The notes below the pieces were generated by a model. The model worked only from the letters and a program-made list of their open reading frames with translations. It was not told where the DNA came from and did not search any database. From assembly GCF_018977255.1 (NCBI RefSeq), contig NW_024704742.1, forward strand, positions 2,978,001-3,042,000: DNA of 64,000 bases, written 5' to 3'. This DNA is from Callorhinchus milii. Taxonomy: Eukaryota. Positions 23,801-37,904 of the stretch are shown piece by piece (the first letter of the stretch is position 1; every line of letters begins with the position of its first letter). The translations under genes were made by a program, and so were the position numbers.

Positions 23801-25859
23801 TCCTTTTAAGCACTGTGGGATATCCTCCTGACATCAAAGGTGCTATATCAAATGCAAGAATATTTATTATCCTTCTGAGGACACTGTAATTCAGATATCA
23901 TCTGACCTGATTGTTGGAACAGCTTGATCGTCGCTTTTCAGAAGTGAATTGATTTGGCAATGTAGCTCAGCGCCCTATTTGCTTTGCTAATTCCTGCCTC
24001 ATACTTTTTTTTGATATATTGACTGTTGAGTCAACTAATAGCTCCAGCTCTCATTCCCCTTTCCTCTTTGTAAGTTGTATCCAATCCACGGAGGCCATGT
24101 GCATCTTAATGATTTATTATTTTTGAAAATTGTAGCTAGCCAAATGCTTCCGTTAAGACCGCCTGAGGTCTAATGGTTCCCTGCACAAGTTCCTCATTTA
24201 CTTGGTACTTTGTGCCTTCTGGAAGTATGTAATTGAATTTTATAATGCTTTCAGTGGGGTCAGTAAAACATAACCTCAGGAGAATCTAGTCTAATCGTAC
24301 TTTAACCTTTTGACCATCCAGAGCAATTTAAAATTGTAGAGCAAACATTACTTTTCACTTTAGTTCATTAGTGCTCACGCAGACTGTCGCTTCTATTGTT
24401 CAGTGCCTTAATTACTGTTGCTTGTCTGATTAATGGCTGCACAGAATGCATTGTAATGGGGATTTGGATTTACACTTCCAATGTTCTTCCTTTTCCTAAA
24501 TGTTGGAATTAAAGAGTCTTTTATTAACTTCACAGTGCACCCCGAAGGGATGAAGTTACGGAAAATACATCAAGCCCAGAGATTAGGCTGTGATTAGCCT
24601 TGGTGTTCTCCAATACAGCCCATCGATTTCCTGCTACTGCTTCTCACGTCGGATTTTTCCACTGCTTTCTCAGTCCGACATTGGCATTCTCTCCGTTGTG
24701 CAAGAAGATGATGAATGGCTTTCTGCTCCGTGCCAAGCACACACACGCTCCCTTGTTTCCTCTTCAATAAGGACAGCAGTCAATACCATTTAACAAGAGA
24801 AAACAGTGGAGCAGGTCGCTTTTAGTTTATTTTTCTCCCCCGTCTGAGTCCTTGTACAATCAACCTGTTGTACGGTATGAAATAGCACCACACATCCCAC
24901 GCTGAAACAAGTCTGGAGCAGATATATTGAATGGGGCACTTTCGATTGGAGGATGATGTAAGGTGAATGAAAGCACTCAGCTTTAACGAAGGTAATGTGA
25001 TGAAGGCATTCATTAATGAATGCATCAAGACTTATGGGACATTTAAGAGGACTTTTATCACATCGCCTTTCTTAGTAAAGGTCACTGTATCTCTGAGACC
25101 TTGATTTTAAGAAGCATCAGGGCCTTCACTCAATTCTCATGACAGATATGAAGATTATTTCAGTTGCCTTTTTTTAATTAAAGTAATACTTGGATTTGAG
25201 ATGGCACCCAGTCACTGTCAAAACGTCTATGGTATTTCATCCAATGAATTAATTTGAAGTGTAGGGGCTGTTGCTATGTAGGGCAAAGCCAGTGCTTAAA
25301 GATCACTCTCTGAATGCCTTTGTTTAATGGCCAGACGTCATCCTTATGCATTGCTAGGCTGATGGTGCGAGCCAACACCCACAATCTATTGCCACATTTA
25401 CATTTCCGTTAGTTTCCAGTTCTGGAGGCTCAAAGTGGCATCTCAAACTGGAGGGGCTGTGGCCTCGCACGCCTCCATTGCCTTTGCATTGCCGTTGGAC
25501 TTCCGGAGGGGATTTTTTTGTGGGCACAAACATCCGATGTCATCACATATCAGCGCAGAGATGTCAGTCATCCTCATATATCCACTGCCAAAGTAGCAGT
25601 CGAAGAGGTCAGGTCAGGAGAAATAATAATAATAATGATAATCATCCTTGCATTTGATAAAGCGGCTTATCATGTCTTCAAGACGTCTCAAAGCGCATTG
25701 CACACATACTGTAAAGTGAATTGACTGTATATTTTGTGCAGCAGCCAATTGCACACAGCAGCATCCCCACAAACAGTCGTGGATTGAGTGATTCTTTTTT
25801 ATACCTGAATATTATACAATTCGACAATTCTGCTCCAGGGTTTTTTCCTGGTTGTTTTA

Positions 25860-26310
25860 CCATTATTGTTAGCGAATCAGCAGGCTTAGTTGGTAGTCCT
25901 GCCACCTCTGAGTCAGAAGGTTGTGGGTTGAAGTCCGCCTAGGGGTTTTGACTTGAAATAGTCTAGGCTGACCTTCTAGTGCAAGGCTGGGAGAGCATTG
26001 CATTGTTGGAGGTGCCGTCTTTCGGATAAGATGTTAAACCAAGGTTCCTTCTACGTGTTCAGGTGGATGGTAGAGATCCCATTGCATTATTTGAAAAGAG
26101 AAGGGAGTTTACCTCAGTAAAATGATCAACATCCTCCAGATCAACAACTCCATGGCTGTGGTGCATTGGTGTTTGCAAATTGGATGCTACATTCAGCGAC
26201 AAATGCACAATAAATACACTTTACAATAAACCGTGTGAAGTGCATTGAAATGGTCCAATGGACATGATGAAGTGCTATATCAAATGCAACGATTATAAAT
26301 GCAAGGATTA
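25860..26310 (+). mobile_element. Deu-domain SINE, near full length
   Basis: ctctgagtcagaaggttgtgggtt head, ggaggtgccgtctttcggataagatgttaaacc...gatcccattgcattatttg Deu block, and tail. Confidence 0.85.
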
Positions 26311-26944
26311 TAAAAAGAGTTCTCCCAAATTCATTCATCTCCACGCTGAGACAGATTAGCCGCTGCAACTGAATGCACTTCAAAGCAACCTATACAGGTG
26401 AAGCAATCTGGGACAGTTCAAGGTGATAAACCTCTCTCAAATGCAAATTATTCTCTTCTATGGTATTCGAGTTACAAGGAATGTAAGCCACTAAAAGAAT
26501 ACATTAGTAAGACTCCATGTGTTCAAGGGTTTAAGATTCCGAGCAGACTTATATGAATTTACGATATTTTAGGGATGTCCTCCCACTGTGAAAGGCGCTA
26601 TATAAATGCAATTTGTTGTGATTGTTGTTTACAGGAACTCACCAACAGAAAGATTGGTTTACAGAAAGAAGGATGTGATCTCCACTATAGATTAGGAAGT
26701 GGAAGGACCTTGAATACTGAAAAGGATTTAAGGTGATCTGTGTGACCAGAATTTGTCAATGAATGTAAGTAATCTTTTGAAACAACAACAACAACTTGCA
26801 TTTATATTGTGTCTTTTGCGCGAGTAGCATCTCGGTGCGCTTAAACCTTCTTCAGAAAAGAATCCATGCCTAAATAACCATACTTGCATTTGAAATAGCG
26901 CCTTACCATGTTTTCAAGCTATCTCAAAGTGCTTCCCAGGATTA

Positions 26945-27220
26945 TAATAATAATGATAATAATAATAATAATAATAATAATCCTCGCATTTGATATAGAG
27001 CTTTTTCACTTCTTCTCAACGTCTCAAAGCGCTTCACAGAATACGCCGTAAAGTGAATTGACCGTATATTTGTGGGCGAAATGCGGCAGCCAAATGCGCG
27101 AAGCAGTGTCCCACAAACAGCCGTGGATTGAACATGACCAATTTATTATTGTTTTTTTGGGGGGGGATTATTATTAGGCGTGTGGAGTAAGGAAACTTGC
27201 CCAAGGTTTCACCCTGCCCT
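26945..27220 (-). mobile_element. 5'-truncated young SINE
   Basis: (TAA)n, ctcgcatttgatatag...gtggagtaaggaaacttgcccaaggtttc. Confidence 0.9.
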
Positions 27221-28844
27221 GTAGCGTCTGACGTGTAGCGACGGTGTATTATACTGTAGCGTGTAGCGGCGGTGTATTTGTAAGTCAACTTGCACATAAC
27301 ATTGTCCCTACAAGCAGCCATGAAGCATATGTAAGGGCTATGTGCAATTTGTTGCTGTTGCTATTGAATGACCAATTTTTTATCCGTGGGATAATTGGCC
27401 AAACTCTCTTCTCTTTCTGAATAGTGCCATGGGATCTTTAACGTCCACACGAACAGCCAGATGCAAATGCAGGTGTCTGATATGAAGTAGGAAAACCAAG
27501 GATTCTAACGCTGGATGCTATGATGGGTGGATAGGGAATAATGGGGGTAGGAGTGAGGGGGCAGGGAGCAAGGGAGGTAGGCTGCAAGGGGGGAAATTCG
27601 TGATCAACTCCAAAAAGTTAGTAGAGGCCCCGAAATCCTGTAGCACAGGAGGTCAATCGTCTGATCTAACCTATTCTGAGGTGGGATTCTCCAGTGGCAT
27701 TGCAGTGTATGCTTTAATCCCAATTCCCATTTCTTATCCCATATATTTTCATGTTGTTTCCCTTCAAATTATTCTCTCATTCCTTTTCAGATACCGTTAT
27801 GGGCTTAGCCTCACTGTGAGAAATTATCTCCAATGGACTCTCAAGCAAACTATTTAACCTCCTGAATCTAGGTTCCTCAATATTCCTTCTAGTCCCGCAA
27901 ATGAAACTTTATTATTACATCAAGGCCTTGGCTGGTGGCTTTTCTCAGACATTATTTTAAGGGTCTTAGTGCCCACAAGCATATGCTGGACAAACTTGAT
28001 GAATGAAGCAGAGCAGCACGGAACCTATAACAAACAATTCACTACAGGGAACTCACAGAATAGATCAAACTTTAGGTTTGATTGTTGAGAGACAAGGACC
28101 TGTCCTATCTGTTGCGTCTTTGACTCTTAAAATTAGCAGGAGTTGAATGGAAAGTCTCCCTCACCCTCATGGTATCCTTTGAAAAGCAGGGAGTCAGTAT
28201 GCCATATGTTTTCTTATGAGTGGGGAAAAATGACTATTATTAATAAGAATAATGATCCAACAAAGAGAGCGAAGAATGGAGAAACTCTCGGAAAGATTCA
28301 GGGTGTTTATTGAACTGTTAAAACAGCTCACGGTTATAAATCCAGGTATCCTGGAGATTGGAGGAAGGAGCAAACTATTGCTTGTTATTCAAGTATTTCT
28401 TCTGATCAGTCCTTGGCTTGACAAAGTGTCACCACAGAATTAGAGGCCTTTTGAAGCAAGCTGTGTAAATCAAATGTAAAAAGCTCGTAATAGATCCCAT
28501 TTATTGCAACATTAACAGTGGCTGGTCGCAGCAGTGAAAACAAATAGCATTAGTTACTCACATGTATAATTGTACTTGTGTTTGAAGAACGGTGGAAATA
28601 GAAATTAAAATCACCCCCAGTCGCTATCTCCCCAACCTGATAAAGTAATTTGAAAATCAACGCACCAGATATACCATGTAATGCAAATGTTGTAAACTAT
28701 TAAATCAATGTTTATTTTTCTTTCGATTCAACTTACTATTATAGCCATAACGTATAGAAACAGCAGTGTGTTATGAGGCCACGTACCACTGCATACTATT
28801 TTGTTTTTTTAAACAAATCACATTATATCAATGGGAAGAGGGGA

Positions 28845-29232
28845 GTGTGTGTCCACGTTGGGACTTTGAACTCATAGCTCTAGACTGACACTCCAATACA
28901 GTGCTGGGTGAACACTACGTCATTCGAGGTGCCATCCTTTGGATGAAACGTTAAACCAAGTTCCCGTCTGCCTGTTCAGGTGGACATTAAAGGCACGCGT
29001 TAAAATGAAAAGGAGATTGCTCCCAGTTTCCTGCCAACAAAAATTTTCCCCCTCCCCAAAATTAAGTGAGTCATGCACTTCACGTCCGTTGGTGGGAAGT
29101 TGCTCTGTACAAATTGGCCGCTGCAATCGCCTACAAAATACACAGTCAGTCCACTTTGCAGCGAATCCTGCTTTGAGAGTACTTTACAGTAAAGTGCTTT
29201 GAGACGTCCTCCTGATGTGATCAATTGCAAGT
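28845..29232 (+). mobile_element. Deu-domain SINE
   Basis: gaggtgccatcctttggatgaaacgttaaaccaagttcccgtctgcctgttcaggtggac. Confidence 0.85.
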
Positions 29233-32200
29233 TTTTTTTTAATGTTACTCTGAAACCCAGACTAATGGAGGTCGATTGAGTCCAGGGAGCCGGAATTTCT
29301 GGCTAAGTGTAATTACAATGCCAGCATTTTTTTAAAAAAATGGCGGGGAACCCTTCCATGAAATTGCCCTTTACAATATTCTAAACCCACGTCCTTTCTT
29401 TCGCAGCTTGTTTCTTGTGTTATTATAAAAAAAAGTACCTTTCAGCTCAGTTGCCCAATGCCTATACTGGGAGAGTTTGCCCCATGCACGGCAGAGATTA
29501 GCATAATAGCATTCTCGTAATTTTTAAATGGAAAAAAAAAACAAAATAATTACATGAATTTTGAAAAAGCGAACATAACTTTGTTACCGTTTTCAATATC
29601 GGTTTATCAAAGGAATAAGAAAATTACTGTTGCTGCTTTAAACCTCATTAAATGAAATTACTGTCATTCATATCTGTTATCAGCACCATTATTCCTACGT
29701 GTTGTGGGTAAAGATTGAATCATTAGATTCCAACAAAGAGAGAGTTTATTATCAAATTATTAATCATCCAGGCTTATTTTAATTGCTTCTTTTTTTTTAT
29801 CGTGTCTCTATCCCCTTGTGCGTTGACTTCAGTGTTGTGCGTTTGTATTGTTATTGGGAGATTACTGTATGACAAGCTGTGCACATCTATTCCAAATTAT
29901 TCCCAATTCAGAATCTGATCAAGTTCTACTTCAAAGCCTATCTGTCCTGACCTCTCTTCACTCATTCACGTCCCCACTCTTCCTGTCAACCCTCTACCCC
30001 CCCCACCAAACTCCGCCACCCACCCCACCCCACGCCCCCCACCCATCCAGCCATTATTATAATACTTATCTCATCGGTTTGGTAAGAATATATAACGTAT
30101 AAGCGTACACTGTTTGTAAAGAGCTCACAGGGATAACAGTCTGTTTTGTGGACATTTGAGATGAAATAGAAGCAGCTGTCGAACACAAACTACATACTGG
30201 AAGGTTTTCAAAGAATGCATTAGGCTTAGGGGGCCATTTAGACTGAATGTAATTCCTGTAAGTCTCCCTTTCTTTAAAATTTGAAAATAGGACTTATTGT
30301 GAAAGTACATTTGTTTACTGGCATTTGGAGTGGCTTCGTTCTATTCCTCAAAGCAATTTGCTGTTCCTTTATTTACAGAGCCCGGAAATAAATTGTGATT
30401 GGGATGGGATTTCACCCAATAGTTGCATGCAGTTATCCAATGTTTTTAGGATTACCAGTGTTAAAGGGACATGCGAACGTGACCACTGCTATTTTGGATA
30501 CGTCACATTCGCTTGGTTGTTGAAAATATAATAATATTAATTGCTAACGATATCTAATATAATGATCTCCCACCGACAAAGCCCAAGGTGGTACACTAGC
30601 TTTTTTTTGCTGCAAATAACAAATTATATTTGCATGAAATAAGAAAAGACCATCCGTTCCGTCACTCAGCCCCCACATTTTGACAAGTATTTTAAGTCTC
30701 CAAGGGCTAAATGCATTTGTTCGTGAAACTCCACTGCTGTTTGACAATTCGCAGAACACTGAAAATATTGCATGTTAATATGAAGCTCTTTTTAATACTA
30801 CCTGTATGTGTCCACCTCTTTTGAACAAGCTCAGAAATCTATCTGTGTTTCTATTTGGGTTGTTTCAACTCAACAGCACCAGATATCCTATAGTTCAATG
30901 TTAACTGCTGGTTTAACTTAAGAGAAACCCTAGAGATAGTAGGTATGACATTTCTCACAGAAAGGGTTGCTCCTCGGAGATAATGGTTCAAGTGCATGAA
31001 CAGTTCACACTGAATCCAATCTGTATTGCACTTGACATAGGAATTCTCTTGCCGCTGGGTGGCAAGAAGGGGAATGGATAACACTTTCCCCGGGACTAAC
31101 AAACACACACGGGAATACAATAGAGACAAAACAAAGCTCAAAACATCTGAGTGAAAAATTCAGCCGAGAATTCAGCTGAAGACCATTTCACTGTCCATTC
31201 GAGGTTTGACTAACTACTTAGTGTTTCGATGAAAAGCCACTGCTTATAATGAAGTCAGCTCTAAGCAGGACATCAAGCTGGACTCAAGCTGGACATCCAC
31301 AGAAAAGGAACCAATATGTTTTTCAAGACTAATCACCAAAACTGTATCGAAAGAAAGTGCTTATTAGGAATACAGGATCGTATGAACTCGAAAGGAATAT
31401 TGCATCCCATCTGGGCCAGTCAAATAGTCCTGAATCAGAGCACTGACCATGTATCAATATATATATGTCTACATATCTCAAATATCTTGGACATTCCAAG
31501 AAATAAGTCATTTTGAATGTTTTTAAATTGCACTTACAATAGTTTTCTAATTAAATCCGTAGTATGTAAAATGAATGGAAATTCTAAAATGCATTTTATC
31601 ATAGCCTATAGGTGATCTGGTGCTGTTAACAAATGCTTTTGCAGTAAATCATTCTGCTCCAGTTACCGCTTTTAATTAACACTCGCATTACACATCACAA
31701 GCTACATGCCTTCTTTTATAGTTTACAGCAAAAATTGCTCCCTATATGGCAAATCTTTCCATTCCAATTCTCCTTTAGAATCCAGCAGGATTCCAGAAGG
31801 CAGTTAATAAGAAATAACAATCCTTGCATTTGGCATCGCACCTTTCACATCACGAGGATGTCTCGAAGTGCCTCTAAGGATTTACTGCAAAGTGCAAAAT
31901 GTCGGGTACTCGGCATTTTGTAGACAAAGTGAATGTCTCATTTACTTGGGGAATTGTTGGCCAGGGAATCGAGAGACACTCCCTTCTCTTCTTGAATAAA
32001 TCCCTTCTCTTTAAAGTCCACCAGAACAGGCAGACAGGATTTGGAAAAATTACCATTTAAACAACATACCACCCAAGAAGATATACTCGGGCGTAAATCA
32101 GTGCCTTCTGCAGCAGAGACAGAAACAAGACATTAAAGTGACAAACTCACATCGGTGATAATTGCAAGCAAATACTTCGATTTTAACACACAAAATAGCC

Positions 32201-33929
32201 TTAAATGCCACATAAAAACAACAACAAAATGACATTTGTATAGTGCCTTTCACATCGGGAGGACGTCCCAAGGCGCTGGATAAAGAGCAAGTCTGCCCTT
32301 GCCAGCATTCCCTTTTCAAGGGATGCTCTTGTTAGCTTTTTCTCTCACCAGTGCTCATGTAGCAAAATAATTCAGAATAATTTGGGCTGTTGTGAAATTA
32401 TCTAGGAAAACGTTGCTTGTTGTCGATTAACTTGATGAATATTGGCAGGGAAAATTCCCTTGAATTCAGAATATTAGCTTATAAGTAAGACTTTTGAATA
32501 AAAAAAATAGCAGTGCAAACCCAGATCTGTATTAGTACCACATTTTTTATGCAGTTTCTTTTCCAATCAGAATATAGGTTTGCCTCCGAAAGCGTTAATT
32601 CAGGATGTTTTCATTGCTGCGTACAGTGACAGCACACTCTTACGTGTTGGTATCCACTTAATAAGTCATTTAGAGTTTTCATCCCAGCCATAAATAAGGA
32701 TTGCGGAAAGATTTGTAATGTAGTTACTGATTAATGAATGTTGGTAAATGAAAGATAAATTTATTTTCAATTTGGTGCTTAATTTCGGCCCTTATTTGCT
32801 GACAGATCAGGATGAAGCCTGCACGAAGCGAGTTGACTCATCTCTCTGCCTGACAGCACAGACACAGTAGGGAGTGACTGTTTCTGAGTGCTAACAGTCA
32901 GAAAGATCTAATGCTGCATTTCACCTCTCAACAGTACATTTCCGCTTCAATCTAATTACCATTTTGTTGAGCATGTAGTTAAAAACAAACCGAAAAGCTG
33001 AAGCAGATTTGAATGGGCTTGCATTTCATTTTGTCTTGGTTTCGGGATACGTTATAAGAATGAGAAATAATATATTGCGGTGCAACAATACGACTTACGG
33101 TTGGGATTGAAATATATATAGCGGCTTTTATATTGGGAGGATGTCCCAAGGCGCTTGATCTGATTTAGCGCCTTGTTAATGATAGTACGTTAACTGTAAC
33201 ACGACTCTGAATCATTGAACACCTCCACTCTTTGACTAGACACTGCTAATTCCCTATCCTCTTTAGCGATGCAGCTTAAAAAAACTGTGGTGTTTCATAA
33301 CAAATTCAGTAACTGCATCCCAATTATTCAATTCTCTGATTTCCTCCCCTCCTACCTCTCTCTCCTGAAGGCCATTCGAGCAGTGAAACAAATTATTAAA
33401 GGGTACGAGAAAAGAGTGGGACTAAATGGAAAACTCTTCCACAGGTACAGTGGGCTGAATGGTTTCCTGTCGTGCTGCAACATTCTGTGGCTGGTTTGAT
33501 GACCGCTTCGTTCGTTCTACTGAGGGGGACATTTCCATAGCCTAGTCAGGCTCCTGTTAATGTACTGTTCATCATTTACGTGCGAACCATAATAGCAAGC
33601 GTTGCCAGGCAATTCACCAGCGAAGGCATAAGTTGACAGCAAGGTTCTGCCAAAGGCCAGATTGTTATCCCAAGCTCTCGTGTTGTGGGAGCATAAGATC
33701 AGACTCACGATAACTATCGGGAATCTTGGCATTACCTTGTTGCCGCCCTGTGTCTTGGCTGAGATCAGTTTCCTTCTGGTCAGCCAGGTGCCTGACACCT
33801 GCTTCAGAGTATTAAACCAGACGGAGTACCACTTATGTGGTACCTATTACTACACTTACACATGGTAATGTCCCTGTGTCTGCAATGGAATGCAACCTCT
33901 CTGCCTGGAGGGACACACCCCCTGTTTCT

Positions 33930-34240
33930 AATAATAATTCTTACATTGCACACAGCGCCTTTCATGTCGGGAGGATGTCTCAGACTGCTTCCCAGGACTC
34001 ATTTGAAGTGCAATCTGTGTAAATCTGTGTCTTTGTAGACAAACGTGGCAGTCCAATTATGTACATGAATAGCCCACAAATAGCCATGAAGTGAATAACC
34101 AATTTTATTTGGGGGATTGTTGGTCAGGACACCAGGAGAGATTCCCTTCTCTTTTCGAATAGGGCCATAGGATCTTTGAAATCCACCTGACGAGGTGACA
34201 ATACAGTGCACCCCAAGTTCTGCACTGGAATGTGACCTGA
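33930..34240 (-). mobile_element. Deu-domain SINE
   Basis: caggacaccaggagagattcccttctcttttcgaatagggccataggatc (reverse Deu block) plus tail. Confidence 0.8.
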
Positions 34241-35419
34241 AGATGGGGAAGGAAGGGGCAAGGCGGAGGGATTGAGGAAGAGTGTTCCAGAGTTTCGGGG
34301 TTTAGTGGCTGAAAGCACAGCGGTCTCCATCCAATATTTTGTGATGTTTCCATTTACAAGTGGGTTGCTTCAGTTTGGTTTGGATACTCTTAAGCATGAT
34401 GACGGGTTTCCGTGTGTGCCAGATACCCGGCTGACCAAAAGGAAAATAATATTCTTATTTTATAATATTCTTCATAACATTCTTCCTACATGATATATGT
34501 CACAAGCAATAGTTGAGTTACGGGCTGGTTCACAAGCGGAAAGAAATCTTCTCGCTCTTTAGAGCGTGTCCCGTTTATAATAATCATCCTGTACGTGGGT
34601 TGCGAGTGGAGTGTGTTGTTTTATCGGCGGCAAAGTGCAATAGGTGCTGTGATAGCGACCGCGTCACAATTTCTCCAGGGTTTTGTGTTTTAAGGGCAGA
34701 GACGATGCAGGAGGCAGCGGAGTAATTGTGACATTGTTTTTGCTTGCCTTAGCTTTATTCAGCAATCATACCACTGCTGTGACATCTTGCATAGGCAAGA
34801 TGTGTGGGAGCAGTTGGACCTTGAAGGATTTCAGTGAGGTGGAGCCATGTGGGGGCATCGGCTGGTCCAAGTTTTGTGTAAAAAAAGACAATTGGGGGAT
34901 TTTACACATTGATATGTTGGGTGGATTTGGACAAAGAGACTCTGTTATGTTGTTTGGGTCAGGGTAAGTGTTATCAGTGAGGCTATGTGGTGCACTGAGA
35001 GTGAGTGGTGTGCGCAGGGCGATGGATTTGTTTTTTTTCCCTTTGTTCTTTACTGTGTGGGAGGAAAGTATGATGGAAAGTTTCCGATGAAATCCCATTA
35101 ATGAAATGTTTTTATTTCACTACTCCTGATGCACACAAGTGTCACAAAGCGCATGATTTTTATAGAGATCTGCAGAGGGTGCCAATAATTCTCTCTTTCT
35201 CGGCCGTAAAAAATAGCCCGGTGGTAAAAAAAAAATGGATTTGGTCTGTTAATAATTCTTGAAAACTTCTGCGGCTATACCGTGGCAGAGCAGTTTAATA
35301 ACAGGATAATATAATACTTTAAAAGTTATTTTGGATCAGCTTAAAAATTCATACCATCGTATTATTTCTGACATCACTTTGCTAAAAGTAACTTCTCAAT
35401 TTTTCTTTGTGTCGGAACT

Positions 35420-35830
35420 GGCTCAGCTCTTAGCATTGACGCCTCTGAGTCAGAAGGTTGTGGGTTCAAGGCCCACATCGGGAGTCCGAACCCATATTCG
35501 TCTGAGCTGACACTCCGAAACAGCGGTGGTGGCTTGTCCTTCAGATGATACGTGAGCCGAAGTCCTGTCTGCCTGTTCAGGTACATGTCAAAGATCCTAT
35601 GGCACCATTTCAAAAGCGAAGGGAGCTTCTCCCCGTGTTCTGGCCAACAATTACCCAATAAAATTGGCGATACATGTCATGGCTCTTTGTGGGACATCAG
35701 TGCATACGACTTAGCCACTACATTCACCCAAAAAATACAGTCACAACACAATACAGTGTATCCTGTGAAGCTCTTTGGGACATCCTCCCAACATGAAAGG
35801 CGCAATACAAAATGTAAGGGCTATTCTGAT
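35420..35830 (+). mobile_element. Deu-domain SINE, near full length
   Basis: gcctctgagtcagaaggttgtgggttcaagg head, cctgtctgcctgttcagg...gatcctatggcacc block, and tail. Confidence 0.85.
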
Positions 35831-36354
35831 TATTTTAATAACTCAACATTGGAGCACATACATATATAAATTAGAGAAGTGATTTGGTTTGAAATCCTGG
35901 ACATTTCGGGACCAAGCATGTCAAATTAAATGCCCTTGTTTTTAGTGCTCCGTCTCAAAATGAATGCTCACCTTTACTGAATAACGTTCTCCTGGGTATT
36001 GATTAAAAAAAGGCGTCTTAATTTTCTAAGATAGGCTTGGAGAAAAATTGTGACATGGAGGTCTTTGCATTATGATACATTATTGAACAGTAAACAGATG
36101 CCACTATAATCAATCATTTTGTCGTGTTCTTCTGTGACCATGAACTAATGTCTATTTCATGGACATTGATGGAAAGTGCACCAAAAATATGTACTCCCTG
36201 ATGTATGTTCCCATGGATTTGTTTTTCATTTTTTTCCCCTTACCACCCATATCTCTCAACTTTCAGGGGCAAACTGGCTCTGACTGACTTATGGGGGATT
36301 AATTATGCCCTGGATAGTCAGTAAACTAGAAAGGATTGTGCATTAGTGGTTATA

Positions 36355-36672
36355 ATAATAATCCTTACATTTGGTACAGTGCTTTTTCACATCAGGAGGA
36401 CTCTCAAAGTGCTTCAAAGGATACACTATGACGTGTATTGATTGTTTTGTAAGCGAATGTGGAAGCCAATTGGTGCACAACATTGGCCCACAAGCAAGCA
36501 TGAAGTGAATGATCAAATTTATTTGGGGGATTGTTGACCAGGACACCAGGAAAAACTCCCTTCTCTTTTCGAATAGGGTCAATGAGATCTTTAACCTCCA
36601 CCTGAACAGCAGACAGGACCTCAGTTTAAAGGTTCATCCATAGGACAACGCTGCTGACAATGCAGCACATTC
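36355..36672 (-). mobile_element. Deu-domain SINE interrupted by CR1
   Basis: Reverse Deu block ending gacaatgcagcac. The sequence appears to resume as tgccttggagtgtca at ~37643. Confidence 0.75.
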
Positions 36673-37642
36673 TCTTTTTGATCTGTATAAATGACCTGGA
36701 CTTGGGTATAGGGAATACAATTTCCAAGTTTGGAGATGATACTAAGCTAGGAAAAGTTGTAAATAGTGAGGAGGATAGTAGCAGGTGGCAAGAGGACATG
36801 GACAGATGGTAAAATGGGCAGACACATGGCAGGTGAAGTTTAATGTGGAGAAATGCAAAGTGACGCATTTTGGGAGGAAGAATGAGGAGAAGCAATATAA
36901 GCGGATGGTACAATCTTCAAGGGGGTGAAGGAACAGAGAGACCTGGGGGTTTATATAAGTAAGTATTTGAAGATGGCAGGACAGATAGATAACGCTGTTA
37001 AAAAAGCATACGGGATACTGGGCTTTATAAATAGGGCATAGAATACAAAGTCAGGAAGTCATGATGAATCTTTATAAAACGCTGGTTAGGCCTCAGTTAG
37101 AGACTGTTCAGTTCTGGGCCCCACACTTTAGGAAGGATGTCAAGGCGTTGGAGAGGGTGCAAAGGAGATTGACCAGGATGGTACCAGGAATGAGGGACTT
37201 CAGTTATCAGGAGCGGTAGAGAAGCTGGGATTATTGTCCTTGGAGCAGAGAAGATTAAGAGGAGACTTAATAGAAGTTTTCAAAATTGTGAGAATTATGA
37301 GGGGATCCAATAAGGTGATCAAGGAGAAACTATTTTCCACTGGCGGGTGGGTCGGTAACCCGAAGACACCAATTTAAAATAGTTGTTAAAAGAAACAGAG
37401 GGGAGGTGAGGAGAATGTTTTTCATACAGGGAGTTGTTGTGATCTGGAATGCATTGCCTGAAAGGCTGGTGGAAGCCGATTCGATAACTACTTTTAAGAC
37501 AGACATAGATAATTATTTGCGGAGGACAAGTTCCCAGGGCTACGGGGAGAGGGATTGATTTGGATAGCTCTTTTCAAAGAGCCGGCACAAATGAACCAAA
37601 TGGCCTCCTTCTGTGCCGTATAATTCGATGATTCTACGACTC
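36672..37642 (+). mobile_element. CR1 LINE, 5'-truncated (RT C-terminal half to 3' tail), frameshifted
   Basis: INDLDLGIGNTISKFGDDTKLG...WADTWQVKFNVEKCKVTHFG...ERDLGV...YKTLVRPQL...WAPHFRKDVKALERVQRR...RRLRGDLIEVFKI, with an attcgatgattctacgactct tail. Confidence 0.95.
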
Positions 37643-37904
37643 TGCCTTGGAGTGTCATTTTGAACCATGAATAAATAGAAGCATCAAGTCAATTGTAGCA
37701 GCCCACATATGATTTCGGATCTCTGTGGCTATGTTTGTTTATAGTCGGTTGGATTATAATACTAACTTCTCATGTTGTGAAGCAAGGACAACAAATACCC
37801 TCAATATGTTTTATAGTAAATCCTGTGATGCACTTTGAGATGTTTCGATGATGTGACAAGAGACAATTTCCAATGTTAAACTCCAACAGTGACAAAACCC
37901 ACAG

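Noticed and set aside
24590..24790. Purine-rich minus segment resembling an exon
   Set aside because: All three frames reach a stop without a good donor, and no protein is recognisable.
26630..26740. Plus-strand exon-like open segment
   Set aside because: YRLG...EKDL resembles a decayed CR1 ORF2 motif.
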